Assembly (NCBI GenBank): GCA_012295275.1
Contig: CM022677.1
Location: forward strand, 25,854,001-25,918,000
Reading direction: 5' to 3'
Origin: Chrysomallon squamiferum
Taxonomy: Eukaryota; Animalia; Mollusca
DNA: 64,000 bases
This document shows positions 12,024 through 24,971 of this stretch, one piece after another (positions within the stretch are counted from its first letter, which is position 1; each line of letters starts with the position of its first letter). Both the position numbers and the translations under genes were made by a program. The notes beneath the pieces were generated by a model. The model was not told the origin of the DNA. It did no database searches and worked only from the letters and a program-made list of their open reading frames with translations.

Positions 12024-13010
12024 GTGAGTGACATTCTACATCACAAAACAGTGAAAAAACAAGGACCTAGCATAGTGTTCTACAGTAGAATACATTTTTA
12101 TTTAAAACTGATAGTAAAAAAATTTAATAAATTAAAATAATGATATTTATGTCTTTTTTACATTAAAAACACTTTTTTAATTTAATTCTGATGAAAAATA
12201 ATAATTTAAATTAATGATATTTATCATTTTTCACATAAATTTTTTTTTTTTAATCTAATACTGATGAAATTTTTAAAATTTAAAATAATGATATTTATCA
12301 TTTTTACATAAGAACACAATAAAAAATAAAATAATGACTTGCTTTTTTTTTACATTAAAAACACATTTTTATTTAATACTGATGAAAAAATATGATTTTA
12401 TCTTTTATTTAATTTTTTTTATACCTAACAACAATAACTAATTAATACTGATAAAAAAAGTAATGATATTTTTTATCTGGCAAAAAGACAACAGTAAAGA
12501 ATTGTCATCAGGGATTTACAAAGTGACACATTTTAATTTACTGATAAAGAAAAATATTTTAAAAAGATAATGATAGTGATTAAAAACAGTACTGATAAAC
12601 AGGCAACAGATGAGAAAAGTACTCACTGAATGTGAAAAAACAATTGGAAAAAAAAAAAAAAAAAAAAAAAGATATCTGGAAAAATCTCACAAATACAGAT
12701 AAAGGAAGCTTGGTTTATTAATGTTTTTTCTTTAAACAAGATTTTGTTTGTTTGTGTGTTTGTATGTTTGTATGCAGATTGCATGAGAATGTGTTGATGT
12801 ACATGTCTATGTTGTGTGGTTATATGTATGTGTCTTTATGTCTGTGGATATGTGTGTATCAGTCTTTGTGTGTGTATGTGTGTGATTATATCTCTATCAG
12901 TGAGAATGTATGACTATCCTATGAATGTGTGTGTGTGGGGTGCGTGTGGGTATGTGTGGTGTGTTTGAGAGATTGAGAGATTTACATCAGTGGTGTTGTT
13001 GTTGTTACAG

Positions 13011-13087
13011 GTCTGTGGATGACGACAAGTCTGACAAACATCAGGTGATGGTGATAGGCAACAACAACGTCTTTGAAGTGGGTGCAC
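13011..13087 (+). CDS. DCTN6: DCTN6 exon 4: SVDDDKSDKHQVMVIGNNNVFEVGA(Q)
   Basis: TTACAG acceptor; M.IG.NNVFEVG motif; followed by U12-type donor GTATCCTTT. Confidence 0.93.
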
Positions 13088-13393
13088 GTATCCTTTTTGA
13101 CAGCATCACCATCCACAACATCATTACCATCAACAAGAGAATACACAAACAGAATTAGAAAATTGTTTCAGTTTATGTAAAGAAAATCTGTTTTCACTGA
13201 ACTGACACTAGTAGGCTTAAATATCGCTAAACACTTCTTGTATTTTGAAGTTTTTTAGTTTTAGATACCAGATTTTCAGGCTATAGAAGATATTGCTCAT
13301 TTTTTAATATTAATTCATAGAAATGTCTTCATGTTTTGTTGTACAAAATCATTTACATAGTAAATAAAAAAAGAAGAAGTATTATTATTATTA

Positions 13394-13431
<38 letters not shown>

Positions 13432-13612
13432 TGATATTATTATTTACATTAATTAACAAGAAGTATGAACAATCTTCACAGGAGAGCAGTTAAGTCTTAT
13501 TGCAGTAACAACAAAATATTTCATAAAAATAAACAGTTATTGATTCAAGACAGTTAAAATTTATATGTGAAATATTTGATTTTAAATTAAATTTCCTTGA
13601 TGTTTTTCTAAG
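13088..13612 (+). other. DCTN6: U12-type (minor spliceosome) GT-AG intron in DCTN6
   Basis: 5' site GTATCCTTT (13088-13096); branch site TTTCCTTGAT (13592-13601) about 12 nt before the AG at 13611-13612. Confidence 0.88.
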
Positions 13613-13660
13613 AGGTATTCTCAGTGAAAATAGGGGACCAGAATTATGTGGAGTCTAAAG
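13613..13660 (+). CDS. DCTN6: DCTN6 exon 5: VFSVKIGDQNYVESK(A)
   Basis: Aligns without gaps to p27 ..KMGDNNVIESK; G|GTAAAT donor. Confidence 0.9.
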
Positions 13661-13723
13661 GTAAATTTTACCTGCATCCAGCTTCTTTATCTCTGTAACC
13701 TTTCAACTTAATCAGAAATAGAA

Positions 13724-14843
13724 GAAATGTTGAACTGACGTCAGATGTGTTTATTATTTTCAGCTGTAGTTGGTAGAGATGTTGAACTGACGTTCAGATG
13801 TGTTATTATTTTCAGCTGTGGTTGGTAGAGATGTTGAACTGACGTCAGATGTGTTATTATTTTCAGCTGTGGTTGGTAGAGATGTTGAACTGACGTCAGA
13901 TGTGTTTATTATTTTCAGCTGTAGTTGATAGAGATGTTGAACTGACGTCAGATGTGTTTATTATTTTCAGCTGTGGTTGGTAGAGATGTTGAACTGACGT
14001 CAGATGTGTTTATTATTTTCAGCTGTAGTTGATAGAGATGTTGAACTGACGTCCGATGTGTTTATTATTTTCAGCTGTGGTTGGTAGAGGATTGAACTGA
14101 CATCAGATGTGTTATTATTTTCAGCTGTGGTTGGTAGAGGTGTTGAACTGACATCAGATGTGTTGTTATTTTCAGCTGTAGTTGGTAGAGAGATTGAACT
14201 GACAGATGTGTTGTTATTTTCAGCTGTAGTTGATAGAGATGTTGAACTGACATCAGATGTGTTATTATTTTCAGCTGTAGTTGATAGAGACGTTGAACTG
14301 ACATCAGATGTGTTATTATTTTCAGCTGTAGTTGATAGAGATGTTGAACTGACATCAGATGTTTTATTATTTTCAGCTGTGGTTGGTAGAGGTGTTGAAC
14401 TGACATCAGATGTGTTATTATTTTCAGCTGTGGTTGGTAGAGATGTTGAACTGACATCAGATGTGTTGTTATTTTCAGCTGTAGTTGGTAGAGAGAACTG
14501 AGATTGAACTTTCAGACAGATGTGTTGTTATTTTCAGCTGTAGTTGATAGAGATGTTGAACTGACATCAGATGTGTTATTATTTTCAGCTGTAGTTGATA
14601 GAGATGTTGAACTGACATCAGATGTGTTATTATTTTCAGCTGTAGTTGATAGAGATGTTGAACTGACATCAGATGTGTTATTATTTTCAGCTGTGGTTGG
14701 TAGAGGTGTTGAACTGACATCAGATGTGTTGTTATTTTCAGCTGTAGTTGGTAGAGAGATTGAACTGACGTCAGATGTGTTGTTATTTTCAGCTGCAGTT
14801 GGTAGAGATGTTCAACTGACATCAGATGTGTTGTTATTTTCAG
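13724..14843 (+). repeat. ~51-bp minisatellite, 21 extra copies of the DCTN6 exon-6 acceptor plus first 31 exon nt
   Basis: Unit AGATGTGTTATTATTTTCAG|CTGTRGTTGRTAGAGATGTTGAACTGACRTC; the final copy is the real junction at 14843/14844. Confidence 0.95.
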
Positions 14844-14986
14844 CTGTGGTTGGTAGAGATGTTGAACTGACGTCTGGCTGTATAATAGGAGCTGCATGTT
14901 TCATTAATGGGGAGGAGAAGTTGCAGGAGAACACAATTATAACCGGGTCAAACTGCAAGCGAAGGATCCAGAGAGAAAAACCCCCT
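14844..14986 (+). CDS. DCTN6: DCTN6 exon 6: VVGRDVELTSGCIIGAACFINGEEKLQENTIITGSNCKRRIQREKPP
   Basis: Matches p27 VGRNVILTSGCIIGACC...ENTVI.G..C.RR.Q.E.P; GTAAGT donor. Confidence 0.95.
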
Positions 14987-15537
14987 GTAAGTAACTTATG
15001 ATATCACTACGTTTTACTAGCTAGTTTGTTTATTTGTAAGCATTTTCCAGTAACTAACTAACTGTATCACACTAACTAATTTTTTGCTTTTGTAAGTATT
15101 TTCCATTTTCCAAATATAGTGAAATAATGACAAGTTTTAAATCATGTGTTTTTTTATACATACTATATCAGAAACAGAAACAGTGAATGTAGCAGCCATA
15201 TAATAAAAAACAGGGAAAATCACAATGAGTGTTAATATTAAAAACTTTGGTGTTTTTTTTCTTATTATTAAATAGTTATAAAAGCTTTTTGTTGTCATTT
15301 TTCCAGTTGCAAACTCAGTAAAAAAAATCACAGTAATTATTAATACCAAACATTGTTTTATTTCCTATCTGTAGAATATTTTGAAAAATCTATTTTTTAT
15401 TATTATTTTTTTTTTTTCCACCTTCCAGACCCAGAAAATCCCAGTAACTATTTAAAATGATAATTTCTTTTAGTTTCTTTTCAAAGAATATTTAGAATTT
15501 TTTTTTAATTTTTTTTATTTATTATTTCCCATTCTAG

Positions 15538-15648
15538 GCACAGACTCTGCAGATTGACTTTCTGTCTAAGATTCTGCCCAACTACCACTACACACTGAAA
15601 GTAGCATCATCATCTCGCCCAGCAGCATCACCCGTCACACCGAAATAA
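15538..15648 (+). CDS. DCTN6: DCTN6 exon 7 (last): AQTLQIDFLSKILPNYHYTLKVASSSRPAASPVTPK*
   Basis: TTCTAG acceptor; QTLQ.DFL.KILPNYH motif; TAA 15646-15648; spliced CDS 576 nt = 191 aa. Confidence 0.95.
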   Translation, partial: AQTLQIDFLSKILPNYHYTLKVASSSRPAASPVTPK

Positions 15649-16204
15649 TCAGCTCCATTCTCTAGAGCACTTTTTGTTATTTGAGTGATTTTTGTTAGAG
15701 TGACCTCCCCTTTTTAGTGTTACAGTTTTGGGGCAACTTATCTTATGAGCTATAAATGTGTAAAACACAACAAATTAAAACTAAGGCACAAGTAAACTGT
15801 AAAAAGAGAAATGCAAATTGTTATATAAAGTGACAAAGCAGACAGTAATGTAGATTTGTTTAAAAATTTATTAGAAATTACGAGAAGTTAGATATTCATC
15901 TCAAGGTTGTGAAAAACAACCTCAGATAACATCTAATGACATTCTTGACAGTTGAGGTTGATTTTCCAGAAAGTTCCAGAATCTTTCACATTTCTGGCAT
16001 TACTTTTATAATCCGTGGTGATTTCGAACAGTTAGACAGTTAATCACAGAAATATTTACAGTTATGTTTAGGCTGAATTTGTTGTTTTACCTTTGTTGCT
16101 GTTGCCATGCTATTTGCAGACGGTCAAAATGTGCAGTACATTTGTACTTGACTCTGAAAATATCATCACTCTAGTGATGGTTACTCCAGAATATGAGAGA
16201 CAAA

Positions 16205-16446
16205 AATAATTACACTAAAATTAAGTTATGCTATAATTGTTGTTCTTTAAAGTGTTTCCTACCCCATTGTTAAATTATGTTGTCCCAGTTCTATATCGGG
16301 CTTCATTTAACTTCTGGACAACACAATAATAATTATATTGAAATTAAGTTTCATTATAATTGTTGTTTTTTAAAATGTTTTCTACCCCAACACTAAATTG
16401 TGCTGTCCCAGTTCTGTAGCAGGCTTCATTTCACATTTGGACAACA
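16205..16446. repeat. Diverged ~120-bp tandem duplication
   Basis: AAATTAAGTT..TATAATTGTTGTT..TACCCCA..TGTCCCAGTTCT..GGCTTCATTT..GGACAACA occurs twice in tandem. Confidence 0.7.
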
Positions 16447-16653
16447 TAAAGCTGTTTCTATTTGTTACAAGTTAAAATATTTAAGATGAATAAATTGAAT
16501 CTCATGTTTTTAATTTAAATATTGTTTTCACTGATTATGAATCATTTAGTTTATTATCAGACGAATGTAAAATTTCAAAGTTTTGGCATTTTTATGTATT
16601 CTGAAAATTTGATTGGTTTATATTTGTCATGTTTAAACTTTCAAGTGTGTGTA

Positions 16654-16695
<42 letters not shown>

Positions 16696-16703
16696 CAGTA
16701 CTT

Positions 16704-16750
<47 letters not shown>

Positions 16751-16786
16751 TATTATTATTTTTATTATTATTATTATTATTATTAC

Positions 16787-16890
<104 letters not shown>

Positions 16891-17401
16891 TGAATAATTC
16901 TCCAGTATGTTTTAAGTTGTTTGAGATCAGTGTTCTAGTCTTTTTAAAAAAGGTATAGGAAACATTTTTTGTTGCTTCTTTGCTTTAAGGAAATAAATAT
17001 TTATTATTGAAGTAAGAAAATAAAAATCTCTTAAGGTTATTTGTCTTTTGTTTTAATTGAAGTTAATGTTTGACCTCTGTGTGCACATTCTTATCAAGTA
17101 ACAAATTTGACTGAATTAATTAATTAATTGTTATTAAACTTGTCTATTTCATATCTCTCTGATACAACTGTTACTGTGGTTATTGTTATTATTGTTATCA
17201 TCCTTATCATTATTTTTAACACTATGTTTTTGTTTCTTATGCTATTATTATATTCATTATTATTATTGTTATTAGTAGTAGTAGTAGTAGTAGTAGTAGT
17301 ATTGCCATTACCTTCTTCATTGTCATCATAATCATTACTTTTACTATTATTATTATTATTATTATTACTATTATTATTATTATTACTATTATTATTATTA
17401 C

Positions 17402-17441
<40 letters not shown>

Positions 17442-18919
17442 ATTATTAATATTTTTATTATTATTATTATTATTACTATTATTTTTATTCTTATTATTCT
17501 GATTCATTATTTATTATTATTATTATTAAATTATTATTAAAAATCAGATTATTATTAAATGTTAAGAATTATTTATTGAATTAAAAATATGACTGATAAC
17601 AAACAACATTTTAATATTTTGGTGATGTTGAAATTGAGACACTTCAATATGTCAGTGTTTTCATTGCCTGGGTACAAGATCCATCTGATGTCACCATGGT
17701 TACTGTTCCCTGGCTTCTCAAATGTCAGCAAGATAAGTAATAAAAATCAGAAGAAAACAAAATGTTAAGAATATAGAAGTTTATTGAATTAACAAATATA
17801 TTTCACATCACAGATTTTAAAAATTTGCTTCAAGTCTCTGTGTTTGTGTTAGTATGTAGATATGTGTAAATGTGTTTGTGTGTGTGTGTGTGTGAATATA
17901 ATTGCACTGGATTTTGAAAATGGAAAATGTTTTGGTATTTTTTTTAGATTTGATTTTTACATAAGGTTATTTTTTTCTATCACTGTAAACAATAAAGTTT
18001 TGTATAATTTAATGTTACAGAGTATTAAAAACTAGAAATTATAAGAAGCCACATGTACAAAACAAGAGGCTAAATATATTTATGAAAAATAATTTTCAAA
18101 AACAAACACCTGATAGAAGTATAATAAAATATTTAGAAAAGTTTCCTTTACACACAAACATGAAAAAACCATCTCATAAAAACTTAAATAGAATTACTTC
18201 TAGCAATAAGTAATATTTCACATTGTAAAACAGTATATAAATTCTAACCATTGGATTAAAGAGTTGTGTAAAATTTTTTTTTTATAAATAACCTATTTCA
18301 AAATAATAACAACATGTTTCAACTAAGCTGTTACGAAATCGGTAATTTTAAAACAGAATTATTTTATTTTGAAAAATGTGTTTGCTTTATATATTTCATT
18401 ATAATATTATTTGTTCTAACTTGCTTTGCCATGCTGCTGTAGAATCATGTTTAACAACCCAGGGAAACTCCCAACTCTGATAAATATAACAAATGTGTAA
18501 AGAAAATTATACATATCACCTAACATGAATTAAATACAAAAAATAATTTAGTTTTGCAGTGACCATATATACATCATTTATGTACACTTTTGGAAGACTT
18601 TGATTATCAGCATACTTGAAAATATGCTTTAGCAACAGATAATATACAGTCATACATTACATATTTATTATTATTATTTATGTATTTTATTTATTTACTT
18701 TTTTGTTTTTATTTTGTGTTTTTTGTTTCATTTTGATGCACTAGATGTTACCTAACTAGTGTGAGAGATTTGTTATAACACAAGTCACTAGTGACAGTAT
18801 CACAATGTCACTAGTGACAAAACTGCAGTGTCACCGTTGACTATATTACAATTGTTACTAATGAGATATTGTAAATAAAACAGACATATAACATTTCAAA
18901 AGTGAGATTTAATAATATT

Positions 18920-19650
18920 ACCAGTTGTAATACTGTAAGTCACTTCTGAGATGTAATATTACAAATCACTACTAAGATTTTGTAATAAGTCACTACTGAT
19001 ATATTGTAATAAGTCACTAATGAGATATTATAAGTCACTACTGAGATATTGTAATATTACAAGTCACTACTGAGATGTAATATTACAAGTCACTACTGAG
19101 ATACTGTAATATTACAAGTCACTACTGAGATGTAATATTACAAGTCACTACTGAGATATTGTAAAATTAAAAGTCACTACTGAGATGTGATATTACAATT
19201 CACTACTGAGATGTACTATTACAAGTCACTACTGAGATACTGTAATATTACAAGTCACTACTGAGATATTGTAATATTACAAGTCACTACTGAGATATTG
19301 TAATATTACTAGTCACTACTCAAATGTTGTAATATTACAAGTCACTACTAAGATGTAATATTACAAGTCACTACTCAGATGTTGTAATATTACAAGTCAC
19401 TAATGAGATGTGATATTACAATTCACTACTGAGATGTAATATTACAAATCACTACTGAGGTGTAATATTACAAATCACTACTAAGATATTGTAATATTCA
19501 AGTCACTATTGAGATTCTGTAATGTTACAAATCACTACTAAGATATGTAATAGTTCAGCATCACTACTGATGCATTCTAAGTTACAAATCACTAGCGACA
19601 TATTGTAACGTCAAAGTCACTACTGAGATATGTAATGTTGCAAATTACAA
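18920..19650. repeat. 26-29-bp minisatellite (GTAATATTACAAGTCACTACTGAGAT) downstream of the M13 peptidase stop
   Basis: More than 20 visible tandem units, degenerating at both ends. Confidence 0.9.
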
Positions 19651-19667
19651 GTAACCCAGTGACATAT

Positions 19668-19884
19668 TTCATTAAGTCACTAGTTAGATATATTAATGTT
19701 ACAAGTGACTAGTGACACTGTTCATTAAGTCACTAGTTAGATATATTAATGTTACAAGTGACTAGTGACACTGTTCATTAAGTCACTAGGTAGACATATT
19801 AATGTTACAAGTGACTAGTGACACTGTTCATTAAGTCACTAGTTAGACATATTTATGTTACAAGTGACTAGTGACACTGTTCAT
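19668..19884. repeat. 53-bp tandem repeat (~4 copies) with internal inverted motif GTCACTAGT...ACTAGTGAC
   Basis: Units start at 19668, 19721, 19774, 19827. Confidence 0.9.
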
Positions 19885-19988
19885 TTAACCAGGTGTGAAA
19901 CAACAACAATAATAATATCACAATTGTTAAATCACATACAATAGTTTTCTTTTAACAGTTTATTAACATCTCCTACAAGGCTCCTTCA

Positions 19989-20088
19989 TCACCAGATCTG
20001 ACATTTTTTCACAGGATTCATAGGGGACCCTGCCAGGCAGCTGAAGGCAGACGCAAATTCAGCCATGTTGGACACGGATCCTATTACT
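19989..20088 (-). CDS. M13 (neprilysin/ECE-like) peptidase exon 17 (last): [32 protein letters not shown]
   Basis: TTTTCAG acceptor; terminal GSPMNP..KC.xW* hallmark of M13 family. Confidence 0.95.
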
Positions 20089-20164
20089 CTGAAAACAGTC
20101 AATTATTAAATTAAAAAAACCAACCATCTGATCATCGTTTCATATTATTACTTAAATAAAGGAG

Positions 20165-20202
<38 letters not shown>

Positions 20203-20639
20203 CCTGTTGAAAAAAAGAGACAAAGAAAGGAAGAAAGTAACTTTTTTTTTTTCAGAAATGTGAGTAATTGAAATAAAGAACATTGTAAATGAAGAAGAAT
20301 TAAAGAAGAATATATTTTTGTAAAATTTTCTTCATTTATTCGAATTAGGTTAATGCTAGGAAAGCGATAAGAAAGAAATGACTGAAGTAAAAAAACACTT
20401 CACGTTAGAATAGACACTTCTATAACTGTTTAGTATCAAAAGCAAGAAACATTTCAACTGACAAATGAATTAAACATAAACACAAACAAAAAAACATTTA
20501 AGAAAATTAATTGAAAACATCTGAATGTAAATTTAGTAAAGTCAAAAACTAATTTGACAATTTAAATTTATTTTTAATTAATTTTGTTAAACATTTGTGA
20601 TGTCAAATAAGTTAGCAAGACAGAAGTTGTTAGTTATAA

Positions 20640-21116
20640 AACAAACAAACAAACAAATAAGTAAATAAATAAATAATAAATAAATATGTAAATAAGTAAA
20701 TAAATAAATAAATAAATAAATATGTAAATAAGTAAATAAATAAGTACAGAAATAAAGATATAAATAAGTAAATAAATAAATATGTAAATAAGTAAATAAA
20801 TAAGTACAGAAATAAAGATATAAATAAGTAAATAAATAAATATGTAAATAAGTAAATAAATAAATAAATACGTAATAAGTAAATAAATAAATAAATATGT
20901 AAATAAGTAAATAAATAAATATGTAAATAAGTAAATAAATAAGTAAATAAATAAATAATAAATATGTAAATAAGTAAATAAAATATGTTGATAAATAAAT
21001 AAATAAATATGTAAATAAGTAAATACATAAATAAGCTAATAAATAAATAAATAAATATGTAAATAAGTAAGTAAATAAGTAAATAAATAAATATGTAAAT
21101 AAGTAAATAAATAAAC
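20640..21116. repeat. AT-rich (AAAT/AAGT/ATGT) compound tandem repeat in M13 intron 16
   Basis: Visible periodic AAATAAGTAAATAAATAAATATGT. Confidence 0.85.
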
Positions 21117-21132
21117 AAATGAAAGGACTGAC

Positions 21133-21209
21133 CTGTAATCAGCGACTGAGTGACTGTTTGTCAAAATGTCTTTCTTCACATAGGCTGGTCGGTAGACACT
21201 ACACCACAC
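21133..21209 (-). CDS. M13 peptidase exon 16: VWCSVYRPAYVKKDILTNSHSVADY(R)
   Basis: WC motif; His and Arg equivalent to neprilysin H711/R717; AG|GTCAGT donor. Confidence 0.93.
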
Positions 21210-21224
21210 CTGAAAGTGTACATC

Positions 21225-21665
21225 ACTCACAGTTTAGTATTTTATTTACATACTCACATTTTAGTATTTTATATAAATATTTATTCATATTTTAGTATTT
21301 TATATAAATTTTATTTACATCACTCACATTTTAGTATTTTATATAAATACTCACATTTTAGTATTTTATATAAATATTTACTCACATTTTAGTATTTTAT
21401 ATAAATATTTACTCATATTTTAGTATTTTATATAAATATTTACATTACTCACATTTTAGTATTTTATATAAATATTTACATTACTCACATTTTAGTATTT
21501 TATATAAATATTTACTCATATTTTAGTATTTTATATAAATATTTACATAACTCATATTTTAGTACATTTTATATAAATATTTACATATTTACATATTTGT
21601 TTTTTATAAATATTTAACATAGTAGTTTATATAAATACTCATATAACTACTTACATATTTTAGTA
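21225..21665. repeat. ~31-36-bp minisatellite (CTCACATTTTAGTATTTTATATAAATATTTA) abutting the exon-16 acceptor
   Basis: About 11 visible units. Confidence 0.85.
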
Positions 21666-22070
21666 TTTGTTTTTGTTACTGTTGTTGCAACTTGGTGATC
21701 CTTGTTGTTGCTGTTGCTGCTGTTATTACTCTTTTAGCTGTCCTCATATTATTAATAAAGAAACATTCTGTTTGTGTGTGTGGTGCATGTAGTTATGTGA
21801 TTCTGTGTGTGTGTGTGTTAATAAAAACTGTCCTGTGGTGTTTATATTGTAACTGACTCAGGGTTAAAGAAATGACCATCAGGAGGGAATAACTCTCTCT
21901 TCTCACCAGGTGGTGCTTCTGACAACCTCAAAGATATTTTTTTATTATTGTACATTTATTTTAAGAAAACATTTGCAGAAAAAACCAGCAACATTGCTGA
22001 ACATACCAAACTGGTCCTGGCATCACTTGTTACAAATTTAAATAAATAACAGGTTAAAAACAAAACTCAC

Positions 22071-22229
22071 CTGAGCAAAAGCTACAAAGAAGAGCTGATC
22101 AGACGTGAGGTGAAGGGCTGGTAGAGGTTGTTCTTTCTGAACTGTTTTACTCATCTTGTACGCCGAGAACGCAGCTTTGAGGCCGCTGTTGTCGGCGATG
22201 TTTTCCGCCAGCGTGTTCACTCCGTTCAG
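22071..22229 (-). CDS. M13 peptidase exon 15: [25 protein letters not shown]...[10 protein letters not shown]
   Basis: ENIAD third zinc-ligand motif; QLFF..FAQ; TAG / GTGAGT sites. Confidence 0.96.
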
Positions 22230-22753
22230 CTAAAATTTAAACCAATTAAACATTTTCTGTGTAAAAAATTTTCTACAGCAAAGATGAGATCATAAGATCA
22301 TAAGCATAAGAATGAGATCCATAATTTGTACTTATAAAATCAATCCATAATTTTTGTTTTATTGTAATTGGACTAAAACAGCGAAATAAATTTTTGAGTT
22401 TCGGAACCTGATCTGATATATAGATAATTCATGTTTTTAATATTCATATTTTTATATTTTCTTATAATAACTGCTAAATATTTACATAACTGCTTTCAGG
22501 TCTAGATAAAACACAGGTTATCAAAGACAGTTATTATATATATTAAATCTTTTTCTACAAATACTCATGATAAAACTTTAAATAAATTGAAAAACAGCTC
22601 AAAATATAGAAAAAAAAGAATAAAAAAAAAATTATCTGGAGGTTGGAAAGGGAAAAAAAGCGGCTGACTGTGAGCAGGCTGGGTCTGGGCACAGTGCTGC
22701 TGTTTGGAATGGGATATTGCCGAGTGGCTAGAATGGGAAAAAACTCTACTTAC

Positions 22754-22878
22754 ATGGATGCCATTGACTGTGTATTTGCTGTACTGATTCTCTAAACATT
22801 TTGTTTTCTCAGAGAAAGCCTCTGCTGACTCATTTGTCCACCAGTTTTTCATGTTTCCATGTTTGTCATAATTTCTTC
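22754..22878 (-). CDS. M13 peptidase exon 14: (G)[41 protein letters not shown]
   Basis: GR.YDK.GN...WW...C...QY motif; GTAAGT donor. Confidence 0.96.
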
Positions 22879-23041
22879 CTGCACAGAGCAATAACAATAA
22901 TAACAACAACAACAACAACTACAATAACAATAATAATAGTAGTAGTAGTAGTAGTAGTAGTAATAATAAAAAAAAAAAAAAAAAAAATAAAATATTTACA
23001 ATAATAATAATCATAATGGTAATAATAACAATAACAACAGA

Positions 23042-23089
<48 letters not shown>

Positions 23090-24281
23090 CAATAATAGTA
23101 ATTAACAACAACAATAATAAATAACAATTATAACAATAATAATAATAATATTAATAATATTAAAAGTAGTAGTAGTAATAATAATAATAATTAACAACAA
23201 CAATAATAAATAATGAAATAACAATAATAATGATAATATAACTGTAATAACAACAATAACAATAATAATAAGAATAGCAAGTTACATTTACATCTGAGCT
23301 ACTGATAGTGAAATAAAAATTAGCATTCAATATAACAATTAATTAAAATAATAATTAATAATAATAATAAAATAAAAGTTAATAATAGTTGCAGGACTGG
23401 TAGTAGTAGTAGCAGTAGTAGCAGTAGTAGCAGCAGCAGTAGTATTAATAATAACTAAAATTAAATTAATAATAATGATAATAATAATAATAATAACATT
23501 AAAATTAATAATAATTATGAAACAATTAATAACAACAATAACAACATTAAGAAAAAGCACACTGTGCCAATAGAGAACCTGGCAAAAGGATTATACAACA
23601 ACAAACCAGGATTATAGATAAACAAGGATTATGGAAAAACAACCAATATAGACAAACAAGGATTACAGAAAGACAAACCAGGATTATAGATAAACAAGGA
23701 TTATAGAAAAACTAGATCTACAGAAAAATGGATTAGAAAAAAGAAAATAATTTTTTTTTTTTTTTTTAATGGATTATAGGTAAACAGTTTTCACCTCTGT
23801 AACCATAGCAACCACGCTGAAGCTGTCACCGTTTTTTTTTCTCTGTTACCATAGTAACCACCGTCTTACAGTCACGACACACTTTCTTCTTATAACAGAT
23901 TCTGTGATACGTCAAGCTTTCAGTTTCATGTCACATCAACAGATATCAGGGTTATCATTTGTTGTTTTATAAATGAGAGACTGAGTATGATCACCTGCAT
24001 TACTGAACACAGTTACTGGCCATGTTTTTTTTTTTTTTTTTTCAATTTCCGTGTGGAAATGTGGAACTTATCACAAATAACAAACTCAAAAAAAAAAATT
24101 ACAAACAAAAACTTAACAACATGCTGTTGTAGTAGAAGATGTTGAACAAGTAAGTAGTAGATTGGTTAGCTAGGATAAAGGTAAAGCTACTAACAACTAC
24201 TGGAAACTAATAACTACAAAGAACGAAATGCTGCTGTTGTAGGTGACGTTACGTACAGCTTGCTGATGTATACGTTTTTAC

Positions 24282-24349
24282 CTGACGAATCAAAACCATG
24301 GGTAAATTCATGACCAAGAATAAATCCCATTGAGGCCAAGTTGAAAAAT
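24282..24349 (-). CDS. M13 peptidase alternative active-site exon 13b: FFNLASMGFILGHEFTHGFDSS(G)
   Basis: TTTCCAG acceptor, G|GTAAAA donor, 68 nt, same phases (2/1) as exon 13a, intact GHExxHGFD; not in the supplied ORF frame. Confidence 0.85.
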
Positions 24350-24446
24350 CTGGAAACAAATTTTTACATCTTTTTTAAAACTTTTCTTTCTCACAATATC
24401 CAAAACTGGGTCCATCTGTTGTAACCTAGGTGACAGGACATTTTCC

Positions 24447-24483
<37 letters not shown>

Positions 24484-24924
24484 AACAAAACAAGATAAAC
24501 ACATTCACGTTTGGCTTGCTAAATAAAACATTTAAAATATTTTAAACTGCTTCAAACGTTTTTCTATCTCATAATGAAGTAAGATAATTGTGCCTTGAAA
24601 TAATAAAAGAGAAAAATGCTAACGAAACTCATCGCGTCTGCAGTAACATTACACAGACATACAAAGTAAACTGCTAATTTACAGCCGCCTTTGACACTGA
24701 GAAATTTATTCCGATTTTGTTTCCTAAATAATATGTGGGTGTCTAATGCATTAGAAACAGATTTTAGTGATAATAATGTAAGCAGTTTAGCTGTATGCGT
24801 TTTAATTTAGTGTAAGATTATAAATGTCTTGTTTACTGTTTACTTCTCTGTGTATATTTAACCTGATACTCCATGTAATTTATTATAAAATTATTATTGT
24901 TATTTTATTATTTATTTATTTAAC

Positions 24925-24971
<47 letters not shown>

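Noticed and set aside
14071-14897. Minus-strand repeat ORFs antisense to DCTN6
   Set aside because: Reverse reading of the 51-bp array.
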